Shown in pieces: positions 8,898-19,155 of a stretch of 64,000 nt of DNA. Both the position numbers and the translations under genes were made by a program. Each line of letters begins with the position of its first letter. Positions within the stretch are counted from its first letter, which is position 1. Source of the DNA: Escherichia coli (GTDB taxonomy: Bacteria > Pseudomonadota > Gammaproteobacteria > Enterobacterales > Enterobacteriaceae); NCBI RefSeq assembly GCF_024223415.1, contig NZ_CP100502.1; one strand, 5' to 3'. Under the pieces are notes generated by a model that had not been told where the DNA came from, searched no databases, and saw only the letters and a list, made by a program, of their open reading frames with translations.

Positions 8898-9668
8898 ATG
8901 AACAAAACGCTGAATGCACTGGTTTGTCGTCACGCCCGTAACCTGCTGCTGGCGCAGGGCTGGCCGGAAGAGACGGATGTTGACCAGCGAAATCCGAACT
9001 ATCCGGGCTGGATCAGCATTTACGTGCGGCTGGATGCGCCCCGGCTGGCGACGTTACTTATCAACCGTCACGGCGGCGTACTGCCGCCGCTCCTGGCCTC
9101 CGCCATTCAGAGACTGACCGGAACCGGGGCGGAACTGGTACTGTCCGGCAGTCAGTGGCAGTCGCTGCCGGTACTTCCGGCAGACGGAACGCAGGTGTCT
9201 TTCCCGTATGCCGGAGAATGGCTGACCGAAGACGAAATCAGGGCTGTTCTTGATGCGGTGCACGATGCGGTACGAAGCATCTGTTACCAGGTGGCAGAAG
9301 ATGCGCGGCGTATCCGTGCGGCGCTGACCACCACCGGTCAGACGTTGCTGACCCGCCAGACGCGCCGCTTTCGCCTGGTCGTGAAGGAAAGCGATCACCC
9401 CTGCTGGCTCGATGAAGATGACGAAAACCTGCCCGTGGTGCTCGATGCCATCGTGAACCGGGGAGCACGTTTTTCGTCGGTGGAAATGTACCTGGTCAGC
9501 GATTGTATTGAGCATATCCTGTCCTGTGGGCTGGCCTGCGATGTGCTGCGTATACCCGATGAACCGCCCCGCCGCTGGTTTGACCGTGGTGTTCTGCGGG
9601 AGGTGGTCCGGGAAGCCCGGACCGAAATCCGCAGCATGGCGGATGCCCTGGCAAAAATCCGGAAATGA
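8898..9668 (+). CDS. Hypothetical protein
   Basis: seq: GGGAGA RBS before ATG 8898 (track ORF from 8847, overlapping the previous stop); last gene of a four-gene cluster. Confidence 0.45.
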   Translation: MNKTLNALVCRHARNLLLAQGWPEETDVDQRNPNYPGWISIYVRLDAPRLATLLINRHGGVLPPLLASAIQRLTGTGAELVLSGSQWQSLPVLPADGTQVSFPYAGEWLTEDEIRAVLDAVHDAVRSICYQVAEDARRIRAALTTTGQTLLTRQTRRFRLVVKESDHPCWLDEDDENLPVVLDAIVNRGARFSSVEMYLVSDCIEHILSCGLACDVLRIPDEPPRRWFDRGVLREVVREARTEIRSMADALAKIRK

Positions 9669-9726
9669 TGACACTGGCGGGGTAAATCCCCGCCTTTTTC
9701 CTGCCGGTCCCCGGACAGAGCACAAA

Positions 9727-10057
9727 GGAAGTCGCCGCCGGCTCCGCTTTACCCGGCCATGCGGGGCATGGCCTTGTGGGTTTTCAGTTATGTGGCCACC
9801 GTGTCGTGTGCGGGCTGTGCCGTGCCTCCATCTTAGCCGGGCTGGCAGGGATGCAAGGGTACGCTTCGCCGCTGCGGTCACCCGGTCCCTCCTTCCCGTC
9901 TGCCGTGATTTTCCGGTCGTTCACCCGCTCAGATTTCGCGGTCTCACCCTCCAACTCCCGCCAGCCGTGTGCGTCAGGCTGCGGCTTCCCTTGCGCCCTG
10001 TGCATCCCCGCCTTATCGCCCGGCTTTTATGGAGGCACGGCACCGCCCGGTGTCGCG
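9727..10057 (+). repeat. Family-A ssi/Frpo-like repeat, copy A1
   Basis: seq: about 330 nt nearly identical to 16711..17041, GC-rich and hairpin-rich, ending about 30 nt before a gene start. known: IncI1 and F leading regions carry ssi/Frpo single-strand promoters. Confidence 0.6.
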
Positions 10058-10085
10058 GAATATGTGAACAACGGAGGAATACATC

Positions 10086-10511
10086 ATGCAATATGCGAAA
10101 CCTGTCACTCTGAATGTTGAAGAGTGCGACCGTCTGTTTTTTCTGCCTTACCTGTTTGGCCAGGATTTTCTGTATGTCGAAGCGTCTGTGTACGCGCTGG
10201 CGAAAAAAATGATGCCGGAATATGAAGGCGGATTCTGGCACTTCATCCGCCTGCCGGACGGTGGCGGCTACATGATGCCGGATGGCGACCGTTTCCACAT
10301 AGTGAACGGTGCAAACTGGTTTGACCGTACCGTGAGTGCTGATGCCTGCGGCATCATTCTGACTTCCCTTGTGATTAACCGCCAGTTGTGGCTGTACCAC
10401 GACAGCGGTGATGCAGGACTGACCCAGCTTTACCGGATGCGCGATGCGCAGTTGTGGCGTCACATCGAATTTCACCCTGAATGCAACGCGATTTACGCGG
10501 CTCTGGACTGA
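10086..10511 (+). CDS. klcA: KlcA/ArdB-family antirestriction protein
   Basis: seq: 141 aa, '[51 protein letters not shown]' resembles KlcA/ArdB from memory; GGAGG RBS. Confidence 0.65.
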   Translation: MQYAKPVTLNVEECDRLFFLPYLFGQDFLYVEASVYALAKKMMPEYEGGFWHFIRLPDGGGYMMPDGDRFHIVNGANWFDRTVSADACGIILTSLVINRQLWLYHDSGDAGLTQLYRMRDAQLWRHIEFHPECNAIYAALD

Positions 10512-10557
10512 TTAACGGACGGGGCGGCAATGCCGCCCCTGTAAAGGAGACGAGAAA

Positions 10558-10980
10558 ATGTACTGTACTGTTAAAGAAATTATCCGCGAAGTGCTGGATA
10601 CAGACGTGCCGGACAGTGAATGCGTTTTTGCCGTGGTGCTGACCCGTGGGGATGTGCGTCACATAGCCCAGGACTGGAACCTGTCAGACGATGAGCTGGA
10701 AACCGTCATGCAGCGGCTGGACGATGCCTTTGAGCATGGTGCGGATGTCAGCGTTGTTCACGACGTTGTTCGTGAACTGATGGAAGAAAAGCGCGCCAGC
10801 CGTCATGTGACAGTCCCGGCGATGATGCTGGAAAAAGTGATGGCGCTGGCAGGCAGTGAAATGAAGCGCCTGTATGCCGTCGGAAGTGAGAACGGGGGCG
10901 ACGGTGACGCATTCGTCAGGGAGGAACGCGAAGCAATGGACGTTGTGTTACAGGCGCTGGACGGGGAGACGATGTCATGA
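10558..10980 (+). CDS. Hypothetical protein, paralog of the 8413..8847 ORF
   Basis: seq: AAGGAG RBS; shared blocks with the 8413 ORF (see there). Confidence 0.5.
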   Translation: MYCTVKEIIREVLDTDVPDSECVFAVVLTRGDVRHIAQDWNLSDDELETVMQRLDDAFEHGADVSVVHDVVRELMEEKRASRHVTVPAMMLEKVMALAGSEMKRLYAVGSENGGDGDAFVREEREAMDVVLQALDGETMS

Positions 10981-11168
10981 ATATCAGCACAGAAACCCGC
11001 GAAATTCTGCGTAATTACAGGGCCGTGATTAATGCGCGGCGTCGTGAAATGGGGCAGAAACCGCTCACCACCGCGCAGATTGTTGATGAAATCTGCGATT
11101 TTGTGGCGAATCAGCAGGCGGTTTTCCTGGGCGGTCACTACATCTTACAGGGCAGCAGAAACAGGTGA
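10977..11168 (+). CDS. Hypothetical small protein
   Basis: seq: 63-aa ORF overlapping the preceding stop (ATGA). Confidence 0.3.
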   Translation: MNISTETREILRNYRAVINARRREMGQKPLTTAQIVDEICDFVANQQAVFLGGHYILQGSRNR

Positions 11169-11199
11169 TACAGGGGCAGGCGGTGGAGGCCGCCTGTCA

Positions 11200-11905
11200 G
11201 CCCGCGCGAAAACCCCTGGCAGGCTGACGCCTGCCGGAAGGGAAGCGGGCCACGCTGGCGCGTCGCCCGTTACCCTTCCCGTCTGTGATGTGTCTGACTC
11301 AGGAGTGTTTCTTTCTTATGTTATGGAACTGTTCCTGATGTTGTTGTTCCTTTATCTGCTGCTCTGATTCTGACTACTGCAGTGTTGTTCTGTCTGCCGG
11401 GCGCACCTTCGGCTCCCGGCTGCCTGGCGGCATCCGGTCGTCAGGCCCGACTCCGACAGGCAGCTGCTGGCGCACCCGCCAGTCTCCGCCGAACCCGCTG
11501 GCGCGGTTTCGGGCTGTCGCTACGGTCCGATGCGTGAAAACCCGGGCTTGCAGCGACCGTTCCGGTCGCGCCGCCTCTGTCGCGCCGTGACCTGCGCTCC
11601 CTGCACACCTGACGGTGTGTGAGGAAACTGCGCCTGATGGCGCAGCAGTCCTCCCTCCTGCCGCCACCTCTGCGGCCTGTTTCCCGCTGTGGACTTTCCG
11701 GGGGGCAGACGTAACCCCCTCCCGTTCCATCTGTCCAGGGTGAGATGCACCGGCCACAAAATTTTTAGCCATGAACCCGGCAAAAAATTTTGCGTCCGCC
11801 CCCGGACAGCTGTCCCGTGAGGCGGTAAACGGGCCCCCATCGGAAAGGTCCACTGCGGGGAGAAACCCCTGTGAAGTGGACGGCAGGAGGAGCTTTCGCT
11901 CCTCT
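11200..11905 (+). repeat. Family-B ssi/Frpo-like repeat, copy B1
   Basis: seq: long GC-rich repeat shared with 17600..18250 and partly with 20815..21140 (e.g. 'caccttcggctcccggctgcctggcggcatccggtcgtcaggcccgactccgacaggcag'); ends about 70 nt before ssb. Confidence 0.55.
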
Positions 11906-11973
11906 GAAGGGGCACATGAACGTCCCGTCTCCGGTATCCGGTTTATCTCACATCTTTCAGTCAGGAGGTTCTT

Positions 11974-12501
11974 ATGAGTGCACGTGGTATCAACAAGGTC
12001 ATCCTCGTCGGGCGTCTGGGCAATGATCCGGAGGTCCGTTACATCCCCAACGGTGGCGCAGTGGCAAACCTGCAGGTGGCCACGTCAGAAAGCTGGCGCG
12101 ACAAACAGACGGGGGAGATGCGGGAGCAGACGGAATGGCACCGTGTTGTGCTGTTCGGCAAGCTCGCGGAAGTGGCAGGTGAATATCTGCGCAAGGGCGC
12201 GCAGGTCTACATCGAGGGGCAACTCCGTACCCGTAGCTGGGACGACAACGGCATCACCCGCTACATCACTGAAATTCTTGTTAAGACCACGGGCACCATG
12301 CAGATGCTGGGGAGTGCACCACAGCAGAACGCTCAGGCGCAACCGAAGCCTCAGCAGAATGGGCAGCCACAGAGTGCTGACGCGACGAAAAAAGGTGGCG
12401 CGAAAACGAAAGGCCGTGGACGTAAGGCCGCGCAGCCCGAGCCTCAGCCGCAAACGCCGGAGGGGGAGGATTACGGGTTTTCAGACGACATCCCGTTCTG
12501 A
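11974..12501 (+). CDS. ssb: Plasmid single-stranded DNA-binding protein
   Basis: seq: '[48 protein letters not shown]...' is the canonical SSB OB-fold, with Gln/Pro-rich tail ending 'DIPF'; AGGAGG RBS. Confidence 0.95.
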
Positions 12502-12516
12502 TCGGGCTGACTGTGA

Positions 12517-12792
<276 letters not shown>

Positions 12793-12850
12793 GAGAGGTG
12801 CCGGACGCGCGAACGTCCGGCAGGACATAAGCAATTATAAGGGGATGATT

Positions 12851-14809
12851 ATGCCTGTAACGAAGTGTGAACCAGAAACCACCCGCAAAGCAAGCCGTAA
12901 ATCTGCAAAAACGCAGGAAACTGCCCTGTCTGCCCTGCTGGCGCAGACGGAGGAAGTGAGCGTGCCGCTGGCCTCACTGATTAAATCACCGCTGAATGTG
13001 CGCACGGTGCCGTATTCTGTGGAGTCCGTCAGCGAACTGGCTGGGTCCATTAAGGGCGTTGGCCTGTTGCAGAATCTGGTCGTGCATACCCTGCCTGGTG
13101 ACCGTTACGGTGTCGCCGCAGGTGGTCGCCGACTGGCTGCACTCAACATGCTGGCAGAGCGCAACATCCTTCCGGCTGACTGGCCTGTCCGTGTGAAGGT
13201 CATCCCGCAGGAACTGGCGACTGCCGCATCGATGACCGAGAACGGTCATCGTCGGGATATGCACCCTGCCGAACAGATTGCCGGATTCCGCGCATTGGCG
13301 CAGGAAGGCAAAACACCTGCACAGACTGGCGACCTGCTGGGCTATTCACCCCGCCACGTTCAGCGAATGCTGAAACTGGCAGACCTTGCGCCTGTCATCC
13401 TCGATGCGCTGGCAGAGGACCGCATCACCACCGAGCACTGTCAGGCGCTGGCGCTGGAGAGCGACACCGCGCGTCAGGTGCAGGTGTTTGAAGCGGCCTG
13501 CCAGTCAGGATGGGGCGGTAAACCGGATGTGCGGGTTATCCGCAACCTGATTACGGAAAGTGAAGTGGCAGTGAAGGACAACACTAAATTCCGCTTTGTG
13601 GGGGCTGATGCCTTCTCGCCAGACGAATTGCGCACCGATTTGTTCAGCGATGACGGGGACGGTTATGTCGACCGCGTGGCGCTCGATGCCGCCCTGCTGG
13701 AAAAACTCCAGGCTGTTGCAGAGTTCCTTCGGGAAGCCGAAGGCTGGGAATGGTGCGCCGGGCGCATGGAGCCTGTCGGTGAGTGCCGTGAGGATGCCGG
13801 AACATACCGCTGTCTGCCGGAGCCGGAAGCGGTGCTGACGGAGGCGGAAGACGAACGCCTGAACGAACTGATGACGCGTTACGACGCGCTGGAAAACCAG
13901 TGTGAGGAATCCGACCTGCTGGAAGCAGAAATGAAGCTGATGCGCTGCATGGCGAAGGTCAGAGCGTGGACGCCGGAGATACGTGCCGGAAGCGGTGTGG
14001 TGGTGTCCTGGCGTTATGGCAACGTATGTGTCCAGCGTGGTGTGCAGTTGCGCAGTGAAGATGACGCGACTGACGACGCTGACCGCACGGAACAGGTGCA
14101 GGAGAAAGCGTCAGTGGAGGAAATCAGCCTGCCGTTGCTGACGAAAATGTCCTCAGAGCGCACGCTGGCAGTCCAGGCGGCACTCATGCAGCAGCCGGAC
14201 AAATCTCTGGCACTGCTGGCATGGACGCTCTGCCTGAATGTGTTTGGCAGCGGGGCGTACAGTAAACCAGCACAAATCAGCCTGGAATGTGAACATTATT
14301 CGCTGACCAGCGATGCGCCATCGGGGAAGGAAGGTGCCGCATTCATGGCGCTGATGGCAGAAAAATCCCGTCTTGCAGCCCTGCTGCCGGAGGGATGGTC
14401 ACGGGACATGACGACATTCCTGTCCCTCAGTCAGGAGGTGCTGTTATCCCTGCTCAGTTTCTGCACCGCATGCAGCCTTAACGGTGTCCAGACCCGTGAG
14501 TGTGGTCACACGTCACGCAGTCCGCTTGACTCGCTGGAAAGCGCTATCGGATTCCACATGCGCGACTGGTGGCAGCCGACAAAAGCAAACTTCTTCGGAC
14601 ACCTGAAAAAGCCGCAGATTATCGCAGCCCTGAATGAGGCCGGACTGTCCGGTGCCGCACGGGACGCGGAGAAGATGAAGAAAGGTGATGCGGCTGAACA
14701 TGCAGAGCACCATATGAAAGACAACCGCTGGGTTCCAGGCTGGATGTGTGCACCACATCCACAGACAGATGCCACTGAACGCACCGATAACCTGGCTGAT
14801 GCCGCCTGA
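12851..14809 (+). CDS. Large ParB/Sulfiredoxin-domain (ParB-like nuclease) protein
   Basis: seq: N-terminal ParB-like region 'LIKSPLNVRTVPYSVESVSELAGSIKGVGLLQNLVVH...GGRRLAALNML'; AAGGGG RBS before ATG 12851 (track from 12761). known: a large ParB-like gene sits between ssb and psiB in F/IncI leading regions. Confidence 0.7.
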   Translation: MPVTKCEPETTRKASRKSAKTQETALSALLAQTEEVSVPLASLIKSPLNVRTVPYSVESVSELAGSIKGVGLLQNLVVHTLPGDRYGVAAGGRRLAALNMLAERNILPADWPVRVKVIPQELATAASMTENGHRRDMHPAEQIAGFRALAQEGKTPAQTGDLLGYSPRHVQRMLKLADLAPVILDALAEDRITTEHCQALALESDTARQVQVFEAACQSGWGGKPDVRVIRNLITESEVAVKDNTKFRFVGADAFSPDELRTDLFSDDGDGYVDRVALDAALLEKLQAVAEFLREAEGWEWCAGRMEPVGECREDAGTYRCLPEPEAVLTEAEDERLNELMTRYDALENQCEESDLLEAEMKLMRCMAKVRAWTPEIRAGSGVVVSWRYGNVCVQRGVQLRSEDDATDDADRTEQVQEKASVEEISLPLLTKMSSERTLAVQAALMQQPDKSLALLAWTLCLNVFGSGAYSKPAQISLECEHYSLTSDAPSGKEGAAFMALMAEKSRLAALLPEGWSRDMTTFLSLSQEVLLSLLSFCTACSLNGVQTRECGHTSRSPLDSLESAIGFHMRDWWQPTKANFFGHLKKPQIIAALNEAGLSGAARDAEKMKKGDAAEHAEHHMKDNRWVPGWMCAPHPQTDATERTDNLADAA

Positions 14810-14863
14810 TGAACAACCACACCGCCCCGCCGGAGACGGGGCGGCAGCAAGGGAGATACCGTG

Positions 14864-15298
14864 ATGAAAACTGAACTGACCCTGAATGCCCTGCAGTCCA
14901 TGAACGCACAGGAATATGAAGATATCCGTGCTGCGGGAAGCGATATGCGCCGTAATCTCACTCACGAGGTGATGCGTGAAGTGGACGCACCGGCTAACTG
15001 GATGATGAATGGCGAGTATGGCAGTGAGTTCGGGGGCTTTTTCCCCGTCCAGGTTCGTTTCACGCCAGCCCACGAACGTTTCCACCTGGCATTATGTTCG
15101 CCGGGAGACGTCTCTCAGCTCTGGATGCTGGTTCTGGTGAATTGTGGTGGACAGCCTTTCGCCGTCGTTCAGGTGCAACATATCTTCACGCCTGTCGCTA
15201 TCAGTCACACGCTGGCGCTTGCCGCGACACTTGATGCGCAGGGGTACAGTGTTAACGACATCATCCATATCCTGATGGCAGAAGGAGGTCAGGCATGA
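14864..15298 (+). CDS. psiB: Plasmid SOS-inhibition protein B
   Basis: seq: 144 aa '[32 protein letters not shown]...' recognised as PsiB; GGGAGA RBS; overlaps psiA by ATGA. Confidence 0.9.
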   Translation: MKTELTLNALQSMNAQEYEDIRAAGSDMRRNLTHEVMREVDAPANWMMNGEYGSEFGGFFPVQVRFTPAHERFHLALCSPGDVSQLWMLVLVNCGGQPFAVVQVQHIFTPVAISHTLALAATLDAQGYSVNDIIHILMAEGGQA

Positions 15299-16014
15299 GC
15301 GCACGTTCACGGGCACTGATCCCCCTCAGCGCAGAGCAACAGGCCGCCATGCAGGCTGTGGCTGTCACCGAACAACGTCGTCGTCAGGGACGCACACTTT
15401 CAGCATGGCCTTATGCCAGCGCTTTCTTTCGCTGCCTGAATGGCAGTCGCCGGATTTCGCTGACCGATCTCCGCTTTTTTGCTCCTGCGCTGACGAAGGA
15501 GGAATTTCATGGCAACCGTCTCCTGTGGCTGGCTGCCGTGGATAAACTGATTGAAAGTTTTGGTGAAGTCTGTGTTCTTCCCCTGCCATCCGATGCGGGG
15601 CATCGTCTGTTCCCGTCCGTTCCTTTTCGTGAAGGTGAGCGGCGTCGTCAGAAAACCACGCTGACAGAGCAGAAATACAGCCGCCAGCGGGAACGTGAGG
15701 CAGAACGACGGGAACTGGAATACCAGACATGTTTTGCTCAGGCGCAGATTGACCTTGCGTTTCATACTCCCGCCACGGTCGGAAGCTGGTTGTCCCGCTG
15801 GTCTGGTGTTGTTGAGGAGCATGATCTGGAAACGATTTTCTGGGGGTGGTGCGGGCGTTTTCCATCACTGTCATCATTTGACCGGTTTTTCTGGCAGGAG
15901 GAACCACTCTGGCGGCTGATTTTTGAAGCCGGTGAGGCCGGTCGTGGTGCACCGGTACAGGTACGTGCACTTGAGCAGTGGATGATCCCGAACAAGCTGG
16001 AGAACGCAATATGA
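15295..16014 (+). CDS. psiA: Plasmid SOS-inhibition protein A
   Basis: seq: 239 aa directly coupled to psiB; size and position match PsiA. Confidence 0.85.
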   Translation: MSARSRALIPLSAEQQAAMQAVAVTEQRRRQGRTLSAWPYASAFFRCLNGSRRISLTDLRFFAPALTKEEFHGNRLLWLAAVDKLIESFGEVCVLPLPSDAGHRLFPSVPFREGERRRQKTTLTEQKYSRQREREAERRELEYQTCFAQAQIDLAFHTPATVGSWLSRWSGVVEEHDLETIFWGWCGRFPSLSSFDRFFWQEEPLWRLIFEAGEAGRGAPVQVRALEQWMIPNKLENAI

Positions 16015-16607
16015 TGAAATCAGACGAACAATATCAGGTTCCCGTGTGGATGCGACCTCTGTTGCCGTTGCTCTGCAATACCGGTGGTAATGATCCGGAG
16101 GAACTGCTGAATGATACAGAAACCACCGCCAGTGCGAATATTGTCCGTTATGTACTGATAGTTGCAGTGCGGTCGCAGATTGATCTGCTGCAGCTACTGT
16201 ACAGGAAAGGACTGTTGCGCACAGAGATACCAGGTGGCTTTTCACCGGAAGAAGCGCAGGAACTCCTGGATAATCTGGTGCGCAGCCATATCAGCAAGGC
16301 GTTGTCGGGTGAGCGAATGGCAGCCCGTGACAGAAATGCCGATCTGACCTGGATTCGCCAGCAACTGGTCGATGCCGCCTGGTTTGTCCGTGCCACACTG
16401 GAAGCGCATGGGATGGGCGTCGGAAATGAGAGTCCCTCTGCTCCGCCGGAGACAATGCCGGACATACAGACACGGGAACTGGTTATGTTGATCAAGCGAC
16501 TGGCATCATCGCTGAAAGCGGTGAAACCCGACAGTAGCGTGGTGCGTGAAGCGCAGGACTGGCTGTGCGACAGAAAACTTGTGGATATCACAGATATTCT
16601 CCGGTGA
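16011..16607 (+). CDS. Hypothetical protein
   Basis: seq: ATG 16011 overlaps the psiA stop (track ORF from 15978). Confidence 0.45.
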   Translation: MMKSDEQYQVPVWMRPLLPLLCNTGGNDPEELLNDTETTASANIVRYVLIVAVRSQIDLLQLLYRKGLLRTEIPGGFSPEEAQELLDNLVRSHISKALSGERMAARDRNADLTWIRQQLVDAAWFVRATLEAHGMGVGNESPSAPPETMPDIQTRELVMLIKRLASSLKAVKPDSSVVREAQDWLCDRKLVDITDILR

Positions 16608-16710
16608 ACCAGACATGTATATTTTACGCAGGGACACGCCGATCATGATCGTTTCATATCAGGGGTGGTCTGGAGGTCATGCGGCGTGTCCTCTGCACTC
16701 GCCGGAATAA

Positions 16711-17041
16711 GGAAGTCGCCGGCGGCTCCGCTTTTACCCGGCCATGCGGGGCATGGCCTTGTGGGTTTTCAGCTCTGTGGCCTCAGCGTCGTGTGCGGGC
16801 TGTGCCGTGCCTCCATCTTAGCCGGGCTGGCAGGGATGCAAGGGTACGCTTCGCCGCTGCGGTCACCCGGTCCCTCCTTCCCGTCTGCCGTGATTTTCCG
16901 GTCGTTCACCCGCTCAGATTTCGCGGTCTCACCCTCCAACTCCCGCCAGCCGTGTGCGTCAGGCTGCGGCTTCCCTTGCGCCCTGTGCATCCCCGCCTTA
17001 TCGCCCGGCTTTTATGGAGGCACGGCACCGCCCGGTGTCGC
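16711..17041 (+). repeat. Family-A ssi/Frpo-like repeat, copy A2
   Basis: seq: near-identical to 9727..10057; ends about 30 nt before ardA. Confidence 0.6.
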
Positions 17042-17069
17042 AGAACATGTGACTATGGAGGATTCGGGA

Positions 17070-17570
17070 ATGTCTGTTGTTGCACCTGCTGTATACGTTG
17101 GAACCTGGCACAAATACAACTGTGGAAGCATCGCTGGCCGCTGGTTTGACCTGGCCACGTTTGATGATGAACGCGACTTTTTCGCCGCCTGCCGCTCTCT
17201 TCACCAGGATGAAGCCGATCCTGAACTGATGTTTCAGGATTATGAGGGATTCCCGGGGAATATGGCCTCAGAATGCCATATCAACTGGGCCTATGTTGAA
17301 GGCTTCCGCCAGGCGCGGGATGAAGGCTGCGAAGAGGCTTATCGTCTCTGGGTGGATGATACCGGTGAGACGGATTTTGACACCTTCCGCGATGCCTGGT
17401 GGGGCGAGGCTGACAGTGAGGAGGCTTTTGCGGTTGAGTTCGCCAGTGATACCGGCCTGCTGGCTGACGTGCCGGAGACGGTGGCGCTCTATTTTGACTA
17501 TGAGGCGTATGCGCGGGATTTATTCCTGGACTCCTTCACCTTTATTGACGGTCATGTGTTCCGTCGGTGA
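17070..17570 (+). CDS. ardA: ArdA antirestriction protein (type I R-M inhibitor, DNA mimic)
   Basis: seq: 166 aa '[28 protein letters not shown]..' recognised as IncI1 ArdA, acidic C-terminal half; GGAGG RBS. Confidence 0.9.
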   Translation: MSVVAPAVYVGTWHKYNCGSIAGRWFDLATFDDERDFFAACRSLHQDEADPELMFQDYEGFPGNMASECHINWAYVEGFRQARDEGCEEAYRLWVDDTGETDFDTFRDAWWGEADSEEAFAVEFASDTGLLADVPETVALYFDYEAYARDLFLDSFTFIDGHVFRR

Positions 17571-17599
17571 TTTACTCCCCCGCTCCGGCGGGGGTATGG

Positions 17600-18250
17600 C
17601 CTGCCAGGCCGCCGGAAAACCCTGGCAGGCTTACGCCTGCCTGAAATGCAGGAGGGCCGCGCCTGCGGCGCTGCCCTTCCTGCCCGTCATGGTGTGAGGC
17701 ATTTTTCTGTTATGTCGTTTCTGTTGTTCTGATTTCCGGAGGCGGGGACACCTTCGGCTCCCGGCTGCCTGGCGGCATCCGGTCGTCAGGCCCGACTCCG
17801 ACAGGCAGCTGCTGGCGCACCCGCCAGTCTCCGCCGAACCCGCTGGCGCGGTTTCGGGCTGCCGCTACGGTCCGATGTCTGAAAAACCAGGCTTGCAGCG
17901 ACCGTTCCGGTCGCGCCGCCCCTGTCGCGCCGGAAACGGCGCTCCCTGCACACCTTACGGTGTGTAAGGCAACTGCGCCTGATGGCGCAGTCAACCCTTC
18001 CGCCGCCACCCCTGCGGCCTGTTTCCCGCTGTGGACTTTCCGGGGGCTGGAGTAACCACATCCCGTTTCAGCAGTCCAGGGGAAGATATACCGTCCACAA
18101 AATTTTTAGCCATAAACCCGGCAAAAAATTTTGCGTCCGCCCCCGGACAGCTGCCCCGTGACGTGGTGACGGACGCCCCATCGGAAAGGTCCACTGCGGG
18201 GAGAAACCCCGAAGAAGTGGACGGCAGAAGGGGCTTTCGCCCCTCCGGGG
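17600..18250 (+). repeat. Family-B ssi/Frpo-like repeat, copy B2
   Basis: seq: aligns along its length with 11200..11905; starts right after the ardA stop. Confidence 0.55.
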
Positions 18251-18298
18251 AGCAACCGGTCGGCCCGGCGACCTGATTCAGCAGAAGGAGATGTTTTC

Positions 18299-18733
18299 AT
18301 GACAGTCAGCAGCACGATTTCCGTTTTTTGCCGCGACGGGGTGTTCCGTACCGTTTACTGCCACCTGCACGGGGAGCCGACCTGGAACGGTCGCATCCTG
18401 CATACTCACTATGCCACCGGTCAGCAGGCCGAAGCCCTGGTTGAACACGGTGATATCCGTTGCCTCGGTCCCCGTTGTGACAAACCCGCCGGGCATACGC
18501 TTCAGAACCCGGTGGACGGTGTGACGGCTTATTACGGACGTGACAGTGGTTTCCGGATGGACAGTGAGGCGCGTGAGTACCGTTCTTTCAGGGAGGCTAT
18601 TGCCACTGAAAGCACTGAAGAGGTGCGCTTCCATTATGTGTTCATCGACGGCTACTGGAAGGTGATGTACCGCACGCCGGAAGGCTGGAAGATGAAAGCG
18701 CTCGCGCTGGCACTGCGTCGCTGTCCGAAATGA
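18299..18733 (+). CDS. Hypothetical protein
   Basis: seq: 144 aa with strong AGAAGGAG RBS, first gene downstream of copy B2. Confidence 0.5.
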   Translation: MTVSSTISVFCRDGVFRTVYCHLHGEPTWNGRILHTHYATGQQAEALVEHGDIRCLGPRCDKPAGHTLQNPVDGVTAYYGRDSGFRMDSEAREYRSFREAIATESTEEVRFHYVFIDGYWKVMYRTPEGWKMKALALALRRCPK

Positions 18734-18824
18734 AAAAAAGGCAGGGCGATAAACCCTGCCTCTCTCCGCCGTTACTTCCCCGCCAGGAAGAGCGGCAGTC
18801 ATCAACAACATAAGGAGTAATATT

Positions 18825-19091
18825 GTGAGACCATCAATTATCTTCGCAACCGCCGAGTATGTAAAGCGTCTGCGTGAAGAGTGCCTGCGGGAGAATAAAC
18901 CCCTGCACCGCCATACCCGCTTCAGACGTCAGGAGCTGGCACAGGATGAGATTAACCCGGACGTCCTGGCGATGAGCGGCCATATCGCCAGACGCTGCAG
19001 TGAGCAGAAGCGGGTGCGTATCCCCGCTATGAAAGTCAGCGAATGGGGCCACCTGCTCCGCGCGCTTGAAATTGAGCGGGTCTGCCACTGA
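18825..19091 (+). CDS. Hypothetical small basic protein
   Basis: seq: 88 aa, GTG start with AAGGAG RBS. Confidence 0.4.
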   Translation: MRPSIIFATAEYVKRLREECLRENKPLHRHTRFRRQELAQDEINPDVLAMSGHIARRCSEQKRVRIPAMKVSEWGHLLRALEIERVCH

Positions 19092-19155
19092 TTAACCCTT
19101 GCCGTCTGCCTGTGCAGGCGGCAGGATACGTTCAGACATCTCACCAGGAGGAACC

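Noticed and set aside
9776-10120. Track ORFs inside the family-A and family-B repeats (9776..10120, 9508..10113, the N-terminal part of 16665..17570, 11374..11853, 17710..18009, 20670..21186 and similar)
   Set aside because: They lie in near-identical GC-rich repeats where long open frames arise by chance on both strands; no RBS, frames not conserved between copies, and the real gene (e.g. ardA at 17070) starts only after the repeat.
10521-10541. Hairpin 'ggggcggcaatgccgcccc' between klcA and the next ORF as a terminator
   Set aside because: Perfect 8-bp stem but no downstream U-run and the next gene's RBS follows immediately; more likely an intra-operon stability or attenuation element than a true terminator, so not listed as a feature.
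11200-11380. Tiny hydrophobic leader-like ORF (MELFLMLLFLYLLL) in the 5' part of family-B copy B1
   Set aside because: Not conserved in copy B2, where the equivalent stretch gives a 6-codon frame; likely a chance frame in a structured regulatory repeat.
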